Assembly (NCBI RefSeq): GCF_009834535.1
Contig: NC_045696.1
Location: 111,354,001 to 111,418,000 of the forward strand
Source of the DNA: Camelus ferus
Taxonomy: Eukaryota
Length of the DNA: 64,000 bases
Reading direction: 5' to 3'
Made by a program: the position numbers and the translations under genes. Numbering within the stretch: position 1 is the first letter of the stretch; each line of letters opens with the position of its first letter. Under the pieces are notes generated by a model that did no database searches, was not told where the DNA came from, and saw only the letters and a list, made by a program, of their open reading frames with translations. Below, one piece after another: positions 11,061 to 24,325 of the stretch.

Positions 11061-12084
11061 AAATAGAAGATGTAAAGGTAAAAGTAGAGACCCATCACAT
11101 CATAGTTTCCTCCTCTCCTTTCCCATAGTTGGGAGAACTGATCTACTCTTCCATTGCTATGAACTTCCTGGTAGATAGACACTTGGGTTCCTCCCAATCT
11201 TTCACGACTAACAATAGTGCTTCAGTACATATGATTGGATGAGTCTCCATTTTCCACCGTGTAATATTTTCTCTAGTATATAGTTAAAGCAAATGGAGCA
11301 AAATGTTAACATTTTAAGAGAGGACATGTGGGTATCTGTTATATTTTCTGTACTTTTCACTATGTTGGAAATATTCCATGAAGAATTAGAATAAAGCAGA
11401 TGTATGAAATACAGCATTGTATATTTTTCTCTTAAAATTTAACTTAAATTGTTATTGTTAAGTCAAAAAAAGATATGCATTTTAAAAGCAATGTGCCATC
11501 CTGGTAGTCAAAATACATCAGTTAAATCAAACTCTCTCAAGGAAACTAGAAACTTTAGTGCTTGATATCACGTGTCTGGACTTATTTCAAAAGGACACAA
11601 GCAGATGACACCTCTCCACTTTAATTAAAGTCAATTACTTGGCAATACCTAGAAATTTTCATCAAACTTTCAATTCACATAATTCATTATATACAATATT
11701 TGCAAACATTGAAACTGTGAGAAAAGATGCCTTTCTTTATTTTGATCAGATGTGAAGGATGGACCTGATTCTTTAAGCCAGGAAATGGAAAATTAAAGAG
11801 TGTTTAAACCCTGAATCAACTGTATGAGGCCCTTTTTGTAAATCTGAATGAGACTTTGAGTTTTGTTACTGGTTACTGCAATGGACCAGTCAAAATTCCC
11901 CCTGTAGGAGCCAAAAAAGCCCCTGGTGTTGACAATCAATCACTTATTTTTCCCCTTTCTCTAGGGAAAAAGACAAAACTAATAAACTGTAACTGTTAAG
12001 TAGTTATATCAGGTTTTGTTTGTCATCTATCAGAAGTTAATTACTCATAATGCCAAAGAAATGAGTTTTTTAATATATAATGTT

Positions 12085-12755
12085 TTCTGTTGATGGGAAT
12101 GTAAATTGGTGCAGCCACTATGGAGAACAATATGGAGGTTTCTTTAAAAAAATAAAAATAGACTTTCCATATGATCTAGCAATCCCACTCCTGGGCATAT
12201 ATCCAGAGAAAACTTTACTTAGAAAAGATACATGCACCCCAATGTTCATAGTAGCACTATTTACAATAGCCAAGACACAGAAGCAACCTAAATATCCATC
12301 AACAGATGAATAGATAAAAATGTTGCATATATATACAGTGGAATACTACTCAGTCAAAAAAAGAATTAAACCATACCATTTGCAGCAATGTGGATGGACC
12401 TAAGATTATCATACTAAATGAAGTAAGTCAGACACAAAAAGACAAATACACAGAAAGACACAGAAAGATATCGCTTATATGTGGAATTTAAAATGTGATA
12501 TAAATGAACATATTTACAAAACAGAAACATACACACAGACATAGAAAACAAACTTATGGTTACCAAAGGGGAAAGGGGGTAGGGGAGGGATAAATTAGGA
12601 GTTTCTGTATAGCGGATACAAACTACTAAATATAAAATAGATAAACAACAATGTCTTATTATATAGCACAAGGAACTATATTCAATATCCTATAATAAAC
12701 CATAATGGAAAAGAAAATGAAAAAGAATACACACACACACACACATACACACATA
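12085..12755 (+). mobile_element. L1 ORF2 C-terminus plus 3' UTR (5'-truncated)
   Basis: ORF track gives [17 protein letters not shown]...TCTPMFIVALFTIAKT...QPKYPS, typical of the L1 ORF2 C-terminus. Confidence 0.95.
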
Positions 12756-12996
12756 TAGTCTTGGGTATGAAAAAGAAGGAAAATAAAGATTACTTGACTA
12801 GCTTCTGCATCTTGATTTTCTTATAATTTCATATTTTTGCCTTTAAAAATATCAAAGTAATAAGGTCTAGTTCAAAGAAGAGAGTTGTCAAGTTTCTAAG
12901 AGAGTAATTAACATTATACAACCAGAAAGTTAATAATCTCAATGAGAGAAAATTCTTGTACTTAGAATAATTGAAATATAGAATTTTATGGCTCAG

Positions 12997-13460
12997 TAAA
13001 GATGTAGTATACATGGAATGGAATATTATTCAGCCACAGAATTAAGTTTTGCCATTTGCAACAACTTGGATAGACCTGGAGGGTATTATGGTTAGTGATT
13101 TAAGTCCGACAGATAAAGAACAGTACTGTATGTTATCACTTATATGTGGAATCTAAAAAAATAAAACGAATGAATGAATATAACAAAACAGATATAGAGA
13201 ACCAACTAGTGGTTACTATAGGGAGGGAGAGGGGCAGGGACAAGATAGAGGTAGGGGATTAAGAGGTACAAACTATTATGTATAAAATAAATAAGCTACA
13301 AGGATATATTGAACAACATAAGTAATATAGCCAATATTTTGTAATAACTTTATACAGAGTATAATCTATAAAAATATTAAATCTATAAAAATATTAAATC
13401 TCTATGTTGTACACCTGAAACTAATATAACATTGTAAATAAACTATACTTCAGTAAAAGA
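12997..13460 (+). mobile_element. L1 (L1MA-like) 3' fragment
   Basis: atggaatattattcagcc...ccatttgcaacaacttggatagacctggagggtattatg...tgtaaataaactatacttcag. Confidence 0.9.
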
Positions 13461-13469
13461 GGAAAAAAA

Positions 13470-13865
13470 TAGAATGGATAATTAAATTGTGTTTTAGTCG
13501 AGCATGTAATACTACATGACAATGAGAATGAATAGGTGTTACGAGTAACAAAGTGAATGAATCTCACAAATGAAATTTTGAACAAAATGAATTAGACAAA
13601 AGAGGACATATGATATGATTCTATTTATAAAATGATCAGAAACAAAACTGATCTATGGAATTAGCAGCCAGAACAGTGGTTACCTTTTGGAAGTCAGTAA
13701 CCAGAAGGAGCATAAAGGTGGCTTTTGGATGGTTCTTGCTTCTGTTTCTTGATCTGTGTGATGGTTGTCTGTGCTCACTTTGTGAAAATTCACAGAACTA
13801 TGCACTCACGAACTGTGCCATTTTTATAAGTATGTTACACTTCAATGAAATTTTAATTTAAAAAA
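13470..13865 (+). mobile_element. Older L1 (L1MD/ME-like) 3' end
   Basis: gaatgaatctcacaaa...atgattctatttataaaat...tgtgaaaattcacagaac...tatgttacacttcaat. Confidence 0.8.
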
Positions 13866-15414
13866 GTAGCTTGCAAGGCAGCAGCCCTTTTGTTATTCAT
13901 AATCATGGAATACCAGTAGGAATGTTCTGGTAAATGTGTCCTGCGGAGCTAACAAAGGCATCACATAAGTGAGTGGAGATGAGGACACGTGAATTTGGAG
14001 GTGCAGAAAGTGCCAGAAGCTTTGAAAACTGACTCAAACCTTCCCTCCTCGAATTTCTTAATAGACCTCCACTTTCACTATAACACAAACAATGGAAGAG
14101 AGTGTCTTTAGAGTTGTAAATATTTTCTATATTCAACAACTCTCTGGATAACCTTTTACCCAACCTTCTGTGAAGCTCTATTATTGAGCTGAAAGAAAAA
14201 AAAAATGGATTTCAGGTAGAAGATGAATTATATTTGAACTACATCATTCAGGGCAGCAGATGCTAGAACTAGCCAGGATATATGAGCATTTGCAAAATAT
14301 TGAGACATATATTTGTATTTGAAAAAACGTATCTATAGGAATTTCTATCATAGCTTCTATTTTGATCAATAGAGTGATTTTCATAAAATATTTTAACCAC
14401 CAGATAATTTAAGTCACTACACCTAGTTGGTGGGAATATAAACACAATTACATTTATCAAAATGCTTGCAGAAAGAAGCTATGGAAAAATACTTTAAGAA
14501 TATATTTTCTTTCCACAAATTATGCATTTGCTTCTCAAAGGCAACCCAATGCTGATAGATATTTTGACAGACTAATGAATAGTGGGTGTGTTTTCATGGC
14601 AAGACAAGTACTTGCTTCAAGATAAAAGAGCAGTGCAAGGAGATAAGGCCTTCAAGTAAGACAAGCATGTCACAGAGGATCTCATTATCCCAGCTGACCA
14701 TCAGGAAGAACTGGAGGAAGCAGACCAGCTACATCCCCAGTAAGCACCCTGCTGACCAAATGGCCTTTAAGCATTCCACTGCAGAATAAATTAGACTTTT
14801 GAGTTTTGCCGCCCATTACAATGATTACTAAACACATATTATATCTTGGATTTTGACTTCAAAGCAGTCATTTTGATTTTGGTTTTATCTTAGGAAATTT
14901 CATCCTAGAAAAACCTGGAGGATTGAGCTGATTGACATTTTTGCCCTTTGCTACATAGAGAATTGGTTAGGCTTCCCCCAGTAATATTTACATCCTCAGT
15001 AAGGAAGATACACCCCCCAAACAGGATAGCAGTTTCCTCACAGGGGACAAGAAGGGAAGGCATAGCCCTGGTCAACTGAACGATTCAAAAAGGGAAAAGA
15101 ACTCACAGTTTTTGAGTATCAGACGTTTAATTCTCACGACAACCCTCTGCGGGCATCATTATTATCCTGTTTGACAACTATGAGATAAGATGCTTAAAAG
15201 CAAACACTGTGCAAGTTTACGCTGCCACTAAATGCCAGACCTTGGAGGAACGTGGCCCCATCACTTGCCCTGTGCTCAGGCCATCTTCCTGTCTCTGTAT
15301 TAAATAGACTTCTAGACTCACTAGCAAAAAAGACAGCTCAGTATATTCAAAATTATTTTCACAATGTTGCTGCGTCATTCAAGTAACCCAGGACGTTCTT
15401 TGAAGGTAGACCTA

Positions 15415-15575
15415 TTACAGTGTGGTGGAGAAACTCCTGAATTCAGAGTCAGCTCAACAGGCTTCTAGACCCGCCTCTGGCTATATGGCCTCGAGGAAGT
15501 CCCTGATCTCTCTAAATCTCAGCTTTTCCCATTTGTGAAACAAGATGATTGGATTCCACGTGTGGTTTTTGAACT
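15415..15575 (+). mobile_element. MIR/MIR3 fragment
   Basis: cagtgtggtggagaaa...ctctctaaatctcagcttttcccatttgtgaaa. Confidence 0.65.
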
Positions 15576-15629
15576 GGTTGATGTTGTTTTGTGAGTTACA
15601 CAGAGCTGGCTTTGAGATCATTATGGAGT

Positions 15630-16170
15630 AGAGTTGTGTGGCTGACTGAATTTGTAGTCTGAGTTCTTCATTCTCCTGAAACAGAATCCTATACATATAT
15701 CTTTGCAATGCTCTCCTGGTGAATGAGGTATTTTTCCTTGCACCTTGAGTCTGGGCTTGGGTGTGTGAATTATTTTGGCTGATGAGATATTAGCAGACAT
15801 GATGTGATCAGAGGCTTGAGATGTGCCTGGGGACAGAGTTTTCTTCCCTCTTACATGTCATAATCACAAGAATAGTTTCTCCCTGGTCTTGCCTGTCCCT
15901 TTAACATGTGATGCACATGAGACACATGGAAGGGCAGAGCGGAGCCCAGCCACAGCCTGGAGCGCCCCCCCTCCCCACATCCCCCCAGATGACAGTCATG
16001 CTGTCAAAGTTGACAACTACCTGCCGTAGACCGTGCTCCCTGGGCAAGTCTGGTCATCATGCGCTCACAATATGTCACGTGTTCTGTAATAGAGGTCAAG
16101 AGCTGATGGCCCACGCAAGCATTGCCTTTGGCATGCATGGTGTTTACAAATATGGATTTATTGCTAACCT
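15630..16170 (+). mobile_element. MLT1 (MaLR) LTR
   Basis: ccttgagtctgggcttgggtgtgtgaattattttggctgatgagatattagcagacatgatg...agaggcttgagatgtgc is the MLT1 core. Confidence 0.75.
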
Positions 16171-16824
16171 TTAAAAAACCAGGAACTTTCCCTAAAAAAT
16201 TTAGATTTCTGGTTTCTATGAAAAATTGGAAGATTTGACAACTCCTGGGTCTGTATTCCAATGCAGCACCAACTGGCCGGAGGTGAGGAAGAGCTGTCCC
16301 CTTTCAAGGGGCCTGTGGTTCCTGGTTATCAGCGACTTTGCTGCTTGTTTTCCGCTTATTCTGGGCACCTGTCTGGTCCCTGTTTGTGGGTTCTGAGAGA
16401 GACCCAAAGGAAGACAAGGGTTTTGGCCTGCAGACATCCAAGGATCACATAATCAGTGATTTGCGAATTGTGCTGGGAGTAAACATCTTAGATCTCCAGA
16501 GGAGCCTGCGTGTGTTGCATAAGAAATACTTGCAAGCAGTGAGTATTCCAGTTTAAAAACCACTAAAATAAAGGTGCAATTCTCAAATCTAAAAATGTCT
16601 CGCGAAATTAAGTCACTTGACCTTTGCCTACAGTCCTATTGTTATTAATATGCGGAGCCCCGCTCCCCGCAAAGGCCACGTTAATGTAATACGAATGATG
16701 GAGATTTTCTGAGATTGTGTAAGTAGTGATCAGGAATGAGTTTCAGTTTTCTACTCGGCTCTATTCCTGGCTTTCTCACTAAGAGTTATGGAAAATATGG
16801 CTTCCAGCAAGGAGAAGTTTCAGC

Positions 16825-16960
16825 TGTGTCAGACTCACCTGCAGGGCTTAAAGCAAACTGCTGAGTCCCATGTCCAGAATTTCTGATTCAGTTGGTCTGG
16901 AGTGGAAACAGAATGATGCCGATGCTGCCGGTCCCAGAAAGATGCTTTGAGAAGCAGTGT
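16825..16960. mobile_element. MER5A-like hAT MITE
   Basis: tcagactcacctgcagggctt...ccagaatttctgattcagttggtctgg...tttgagaagcagtg. Confidence 0.8.
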
Positions 16961-18451
16961 AACAGGGTGACCTCGGGCAAGCAACTAGCTTCAACTTAAA
17001 ACGAGGGTGGGGTTGAATCCCCTCTGAAGTTCTTTTTCTACCAAAGAACAATGAAGAATTATTCTAAAATCAGTTTTATTTCCTTGCACCGTAACCTCAA
17101 TGTAATTATGGTTCCTTTCCTTGTGGCTATGCAATGAGTTTAACATTAATCTGAGGTTCAAATGGCAAAAGGCTCTTACTGGGAAAATACATTGTGGTTT
17201 TCTTAGCGTTTCTACAAAATATTCCCCTTGAGAAAAAGCATCCTTATTCTCTTTTGCTCTGTGCTCCTTCAGAAAGTAGAGGAGGATGGGAAAGTTCCAG
17301 ATCAATATACCTTTTGAAAGATTAAAAAAATACACCTCTGATAATAATAATTTTATCTTTGGCCTTAATTTATGAGTCAAAAATAAATTAAATCAAATAA
17401 TTTTTTAAAAAAAAGAGGCATTCACTGCCTTCTAATTAATGGGCTTTATTGTGTTTTTAGCACAAGGATTCCATGTTTTAAAAAGATGATTCTGAATGAG
17501 TTTAGTGATTAATCATTTACTGTAATCTTTCCTGTGCTAACTAATGAGGTCAGAGGCCGTTACTGAGATGTCAATACGATTTGGTCCTGTCAAAATAAAT
17601 TCCATTTGACTCATTTTCTACCTTCAGAATCACCAGTCAGAGACTGATTAGTAATTTAGTAGGGGTTCACCTTCCTCAGAAATAATTTCCTAATAACCAT
17701 AAACATAATCTAGACTTCAGGCATCTAAATCCAAACGCCACCTCATCGATGGTAACACTGCTGTGGGACTGGTTCACTAGACAGAGCTTTTAATTTCCCT
17801 TCACATCTTCCTCTGTGCAAAAAAGAAAACAAATATATGTACACATATGTGCTGCGTCCAGCGCAGCTCGGGGACCATATCTGAGGACGGGCGATGCAAG
17901 ACTTAGGAAACAAAGAGACAAAGTAAAGAGCAAAGATGGGACCAGGGGACTCAAGATCTCGTGGATCTAGAGCCCCGAAAGCCTGCTCGACATCATATTT
18001 ATTAGGAGTATGCAGCTCAGAAAAAAATGCGATCAAAGACGTGGGGCTTTAGATGTTCCGTGTGATGAGCACTAAATTCTGCTTGCTGTTTAACTGATGA
18101 ATTTCAGGCCCATCCCTTCCAGGAACAATCACCCTCCTCGGGGTATGCAAAATTTCTGAGTCTATCCTGTCATCGCCTCCGGGACATCTCAAGACAGCAG
18201 ATACTTCCCTCGGGTCAAACAGCATGCTTTAGTGCCAGAACCAAGTTCTGTTAATGGGTGATCTGGCTTTCCAGGACCCATTGTTTCACCCTAAGGAAAT
18301 ACCTGCCTTCCTTCATGCCCTTATGGTCCGTCTCAGGATTTCTCCTCACAAATTTCATCTACTGTGTAAAACATTAAAACAAAGCAAGCATGTGCAATTT
18401 AAGAAGGAAGTGTGAATACAATATTTTAAGCTCATGGAAATTTTAGGTGCG

Positions 18452-18496
18452 GCTTGTTTTCCAGTTGCTTGTTTTCCAGCAGCTTGTTTCCCAGCA
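18452..18496. repeat. 15-bp tandem repeat x3
   Basis: gcttgttttccagtt / gcttgttttccagca / gcttgtttcccagca. Confidence 0.95.
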
Positions 18497-18584
18497 CATA
18501 TGTGTAAATCTATGTCTGTGTGTTACATGCATATACATACATATTCCAAATCACTGAATATGAGTCTGTATAAATACATGCATA

Positions 18585-19030
18585 TACTTTTATTAGGATA
18601 CAATCTATAATTTTGTGCACTGATGTTAAGCATACAGCTTGATGATATTTTACACCTATAAACACTGTAGTGCCCACCACCAGATCAAGATACAGAACAT
18701 TTCCACAGCCCCATGTCCAAGTCAATATCCAAGTCGATATCAACAAGTCCCCACTCTCCCACCCAGGTAACCGCCATTCTAACGCCTGTCACAGTCAGTT
18801 AGTTTTGCCTGTTCTTTCAAGTCACATAAACGGTATCAGACAGTATGGATTCTTTTGTGCTGGTTTCCCGCACAGAGCCTCGTGTCTGTGAGATTGACCC
18901 ATGTTGTTGCACGCGTCAGAAGTTTGTTTCTTTTCATAATCATGTTGTACTAATATATCACGATTTTTCTGTCTGTTCTTATGAACTTTGGGGTTGTCCT
19001 GCTGCAAGCTGCTGTGAATGTCCTTGTACT
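18585..19030 (-). mobile_element. L1MB/MC-like 3' fragment
   Basis: accaccagatcaagatacagaacatttcc...ttagttttgcctgttctt...catataaacgg-like...gagattgacccatgttgttgc. Confidence 0.8.
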
Positions 19031-20789
19031 CGTCACTCAAGCTCCTTTATGTTCCTCTATTATCCACTGGAGAGGACACTGATAAAAAGGACTTTTCAGA
19101 GGCCCTTCCGCAGTTTCCAGTTTTCATCAGCCTGCATGGGGCTCTGACAAGATGTTTGTTTACATCTATATATAACCAAGGTTTGGAGGGAAAATTTGAA
19201 AGGAGAGTGGGGTCAACTGTGAGAATACCAGCATTATGTCCCCCACTTAACCACCCCCCCAACTACTGTGGACTATCTGGGGCAGTTTCATGATAGGACA
19301 ACCTGAGAGTCACAGAAGACATCAAAAGACCAAGCAATTTCGGGCAGGTATAGCGTTGTATTTACAGTTAAGAACCAGAGAAGTTTAGTGACTTTTTCAA
19401 AGTGACACAGCTAGTGAAGAACCTTCTTAGTGATCCTAGAGCCTAAGAGAATTGTGACCCCAAGCCAAGTCCTTGTGTTGCTCAGGTCACTTCGCACTAG
19501 CTGTTGGCCAAGGGGGTGAGAGTCAGGGTGCGAGTTAACCAGTGATTGCACATTAAATGCAAATTAGGCAATTCAGGCAACTCATTTTTGCAATGACTAC
19601 TCCTCACTCTGGTGGACATAGTTGATTACTTCTGTGTGTCATCTCGGCAGGAGAGCATTAGCCAGTCCTAATCACAGATGGTGGAGGCAGTACCATCCTG
19701 TGGGTTAAGCCATCAAAGGAATTGTCCTGGACGCTGAAAGCTGCAGTCAACTCCCTTCAGTGTCAGACTCCTCCCTTCCTTTCCATCCTTCAGAGAGAAT
19801 CAGAGAGAAATCTTTGTGGGTAAAAAGTACAGCTAAACTAGCTGGTATTTAAAAGGGCCCAAGACTCATGTGTTTACCTCATCGGCCCATTATAGCACCA
19901 CCACTCCCAGTTAAAGCCAGTTGCTCCTTCCAGGCACCCCAGCTGCCTATCACCCTCATATGAGTTATTTTCCCCTTCTGGTGTGTCCTTGGTACTGCTT
20001 CTCACTGGCATAAACAAATTCAAGATGGGTGAGGAAGCAAGAACAGAGTGTGATTTACTTGTCCCACCTGCCATGATGCAGTTGTAGGGCTGAGTGGGAG
20101 TTAGGAAGGGCTGTTTAGTCTTACTTGGAACAATAATCCAGTACTTAACTGAGTTAATCCCTCTTGTCTTCCTGTTGATGGATTCTCATGCCAGTTTCCA
20201 CAATAGAGCCTAGAAATAAACCAAGTCAGACAGAAAATAGAAAGACCAGCAGAAATGAACTCAGCTCATTGCCATTCTGTAATTATCACAAATCCTTCCT
20301 CTCAATTTTAACAGAATAAATTCAGTAAATGTTTACTGGACACCTCTTAGGTTCCATGGATACAAAGATAAGCCACAGTCTCTCTCATCAAGAAAGTTTC
20401 TATTTAGAAGGATAATTGGGACAAATGCAGCTTTGGTTTCTTTGCTCATTCATTTAATAATAGATGCTGAATTTCTACACCCTTTCAAACACTACGCTAG
20501 GTTCTCAGCATGCATATATAAAGAACGTTGGCCTCAAGGTCCAGAACAGCAATATCATAAGGCAGAGTAATAGACTAACAGCAGTTTTTGCACAAAATTA
20601 TTGTCCAAACATTAGCCCTACTCAGTGTTGGATACTCAGGATACAATGATAAACAAAGCACACAAAAATGAAGAATTTTTCAATATTTTCCTGGGAGAGA
20701 AAACAAATAAACAAGATTCAGGTAAATGTTATAAAAGAGAGCACTAATAATATTATTAACAACAAACACACAGATAATAATTATCAAAA

Positions 20790-21030
20790 GCAATCATCAG
20801 GAACTAAATTGCTACATGACCAACTGTGTGCCTTTAAAATCTATTTTCTTATTTAGTCTCAAAATAACACTATGAGCTAGTCATGATACCAACTTTGCAG
20901 AAGACGAAAAGGAGATTCAGAGAGGTGGAGAGCTTTCCCAAGGTCACACAGCACTGCAGCAGCAGAGCCAGAGATGTGAACACTGGTCCCTCTGCCTCTG
21001 AAGTCACAGGTCTTAACCTCAACACTGTAA
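20790..21030 (-). mobile_element. MIR
   Basis: ttgcagaagacgaaaaggagattcagagagg...ttcccaaggtcacacagc...agcagagccagaga. Confidence 0.75.
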
Positions 21031-21393
21031 AAGTGCTTTGACAATTAAGTGGAGGAAACTGGGGGGTTCAGGGGGAGGAAAAATAACACCTGGTTGGAGA
21101 TAGGATTGGAAGATGTTTCCTAGAGGAGAAGCACTTTGATATAAACCTTGATGGATGGCATCTGAGACAGGCAGTTCAGAAGGAACAAAGTGTTTCCATT
21201 CTCACTGATTAGCAACACTTAATAAGGAACTGAATGACTAATGTATAGGCTTTATTTTTTTAGTCTTAATTAAGCTTGAACTTCTTTATATACATTCTCA
21301 GCCACTGTCCTACCTTCAGGTACAAATGCAAAGAAGGGAAATGTAAGGCAGTCACTGATCCAGGCTCTCTGTCTGTGTCAGAAGTGACAGTGG

Positions 21394-22058
21394 ACTCCTG
21401 GGCCTATATCCAGAGGGAATTTTAATTTAAAAAAACACCTGCACCCAAATGTTCATGGCAGCACTGTTTACAATAGCCAGGACATGGAAACAACCTACAT
21501 GTCCATCGACAGATGACTGGACAAGGAAGTTGTGGTATATTTATACTATGGAATACTACTCGGTGATAAAAAAAAGAATGAAATAATGTCATTTACAGCA
21601 ACATGGATGCAACTGGAGATTGTCATTCTAAGTGAAGCAAGCCAGAAAGAGAAAGAAGAATACCATACAATATCACTTGTATGTGGAATCTAAAAAAGGA
21701 AAAAAAAAGAGAGAAATGAACTTATTTACCAAACAGAAACAGACTCACAGACATAGAAAACAAACTTATAGGGAAAGGGGATGGGAAGGGATAAACTGCA
21801 AATTCAAGATTTGCAGATACTAACTACTATATATAAAATAGATAAACAAGTTCATACTGTACAGCACAGGGAACTGTATTCAATATCTTGCAGTAACCTA
21901 TAATGAAAAAGAATATGAAAATGAATATATATATGTATATGTATGATTGAAACATGCTGTACACCAGAAATTGACACAACATTGTAAACTGACTATAGCT
22001 CAATAAAATAATATTAAAGTAAAATAAAATAAAAGTTTATAGACCAAAAAAAAAGAAA
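21394..22058 (+). mobile_element. 5'-truncated lineage-specific L1 with degenerate TSD
   Basis: ORF2 end (actcctgggcctatatccagag...), 3' UTR and polyA; TSD agaagtgacagtgg (21380-21393) / agaagtgagtagtgg (22059-22073). Confidence 0.92.
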
Positions 22059-23074
22059 AGAAGTGAGTAGTGGCGAGAGGCTTGTACCATGCGGTCAACT
22101 AGAGACCTTCCATCTCATCAAATGCCTGAGGCATTTAAAGGCCATATTCGTATTAATCACTGACTAGTCCCCTAAACAAGCCCAAAAGAATAAACTAGCT
22201 AATTAAAAAAAAAAGTTCTTGCTCAGGAAAGCCAAATTCCAGAGACATTTAGCAGCTAAGAAGGGCTTACAAAATGAGCTTGCCGACGCCAGGTTATTCT
22301 TATCTGTAAAAAAGACACATGCATCAGTGGCCTGTCACAGTTAACCAGGCAGTCCATTCAGCCTATGGAGAAATCAGTTCCTTGGAATTCTTCTTCTCCT
22401 ACTTATCTGAATCTTCAAGAACGCACTAATGGCAAGGGAAGAAACCGTGAGGCACAATGGGAAGAGCAGCTCCCACCCACGTCACCCTCAGACGGGCTGC
22501 ACCCCTGTAATGCAACCCAAAGCCCAAACTGCATGAAGACCTTCTATGTGGCATCCAAAGGCCCTGACTCAGGCTGTGAGCCCTTGACTACTCTGTGACA
22601 GCAGCCACTCCTCGCCCAGGGGATCAGATTATGGATCACAGAGAGCAGAAACTGACTCCCTGGGAAATCACCCCAAAAAGGCAAACATGGCTGGACATGT
22701 GATGCCTCACAGAGAGGGGAGGGAACAGGAGACTGGGGCTGGAAGCAAGGCAGGAGATAAAACAATACGGGGCTGCCTCAGTCTGCTTGGAAGCGACCAA
22801 AACGTTTGTCCTCACGTACTCAAGATGACAATGACAGGAGTGAAGAGGGCGCCTGGCCTTGCTTGGAACGCGTGCCTGCTGCTGGGCTGGGGCTGGGGGA
22901 AGCCAGCTGTCGTCTGGTGAGGTCATTCCCTGCCGGAAAATCAGACTCCACTAGGAAAAGGGAGGCGTGGACGAAGGCAGCCAAAGGCACGTGTCCCCGG
23001 GTCCTCTCTGGAGAAGTGCCCCTCCCCCATGGTTATCATCATGGACTTTTCTCTTACCCCCCTTACATTTCTTT

Positions 23075-23200
23075 ATATTATACAATTCTCAAGGATGGGA
23101 AACTTGTTTTCCTCAATTCTGTATTCTCCCGCACCCAGCACACTGCCTGGAATGTAGCAGGGCCCCAGTTGGTTGGATGGAAGAATGAGTAAATGAGTAA
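23075..23200 (+). mobile_element. LINE-2 3' end
   Basis: ctcaaggatggg...cccagcacactgcctggaatgtagcagg...gaatgagtaaatga. Confidence 0.75.
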
Positions 23201-23784
23201 ATTTCTGCTAACTGTAGTCCCTACCCATAAAGAATTTAAACTATTGTAGTTTATTAAAGTTTAGGCATAGAAAAATGAGTCCAAGGAAGTGATGCACATG
23301 ATAGAAGTGTGCACGGCTAACAAAGCAGGCAAAAAGGAAGGAGATGGAAATTCACAGAAAGAGCGGTGATGCTGCCGTGAAAACTGCAGAGGTCTTGACA
23401 GCCTTGAGGATTCCTAGGTGGCCGACGCAGAGAGGATCTTTCTGGCAGGATGGGCAAAGTCGTGGAGGAATAGAGAGTGTAGAGTGGGCACAACACTGGA
23501 GAGGGCAATCTGAAGCCTGTGGATGGCAAGTTAAGGAGTTTGAACTTCATCCTTTGAAGCATGAGAGTAACCCAATCACATTTGTGTATTTTACACAGGG
23601 GAATAACCCAATCACATTTGCATTTTAAAGAACAACAACGTGAGCGGAACCAGACTAGAATAGTGGGCAGTAAGGAGCGGAGAATGGCTCTGGGAGTTGG
23701 GCACACACCCCAGTGTTCTTCCAGGTACCCTCTGCTCTGTGAACCTGAGACTTCAGCTTCTCCTTCTGCCCATTTGAGTTTGTC

Positions 23785-24325
23785 ATTAAAAATATTTTTA
23801 TACAATTTTAATTATATGAATGCACATACAGCTAATGCTTATATCTGATTTTAATATATGCCTAATCCTAGGTGTTTACCTCAAGGGATCCACTACCAAC
23901 AATTTGATGTCTCGCCTCCCATTTTTCCTGTGTATTTTCATTTTCATGCATGTTGCTTTATGTTTTTTGAACATAAGTGGTATCATATTGCATATGACTT
24001 TGTTCATTTAACAGCATGTCTTGAATGTTTTCCCATATGTTCCCTGTAGACTGATCTGATTATTTTTTGTGCCCACATACGATTCTGTCGTGTGGCGATG
24101 TGTTAACGCATTCCCTTAGATTACTCCCAGTTCACACAGTTACATCCACTGCTATAGTGGACATTCTCAGACATGCCTCCTTGTGTGAACATTTCCCAGG
24201 ACAGCCTTTAAGAAGGGCTCTTGCTAGATGGAACATTAGGCACATATATAATTTTGATAGATTTTGCCAAATCGCTCTCCTAACCGGCTGTACCAGCTTA
24301 CACTCCCACCGATAGTATGAGTGAA
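23785..24325 (-). mobile_element. Ancient L1ME-like fragment
   Basis: tttgatagattttgccaaatcgctctcctaaccggctgtaccagcttacactcccaccgatagtatgag (antisense ORF2 end). Confidence 0.75.

Noticed and set aside
12080..12313. ORFs with real protein similarity (also 48206-48391, 52084-52371, 61543-61890)
   Set aside because: All are fragments of L1 ORF2 with truncations or frameshifts, not host genes
23317..23805. 162-aa ORF with repeated KCDWV motif
   Set aside because: It overlaps an L2 relic, and the repeat comes from a 36-bp-period local duplication (23568-23584 / 23604-23620)
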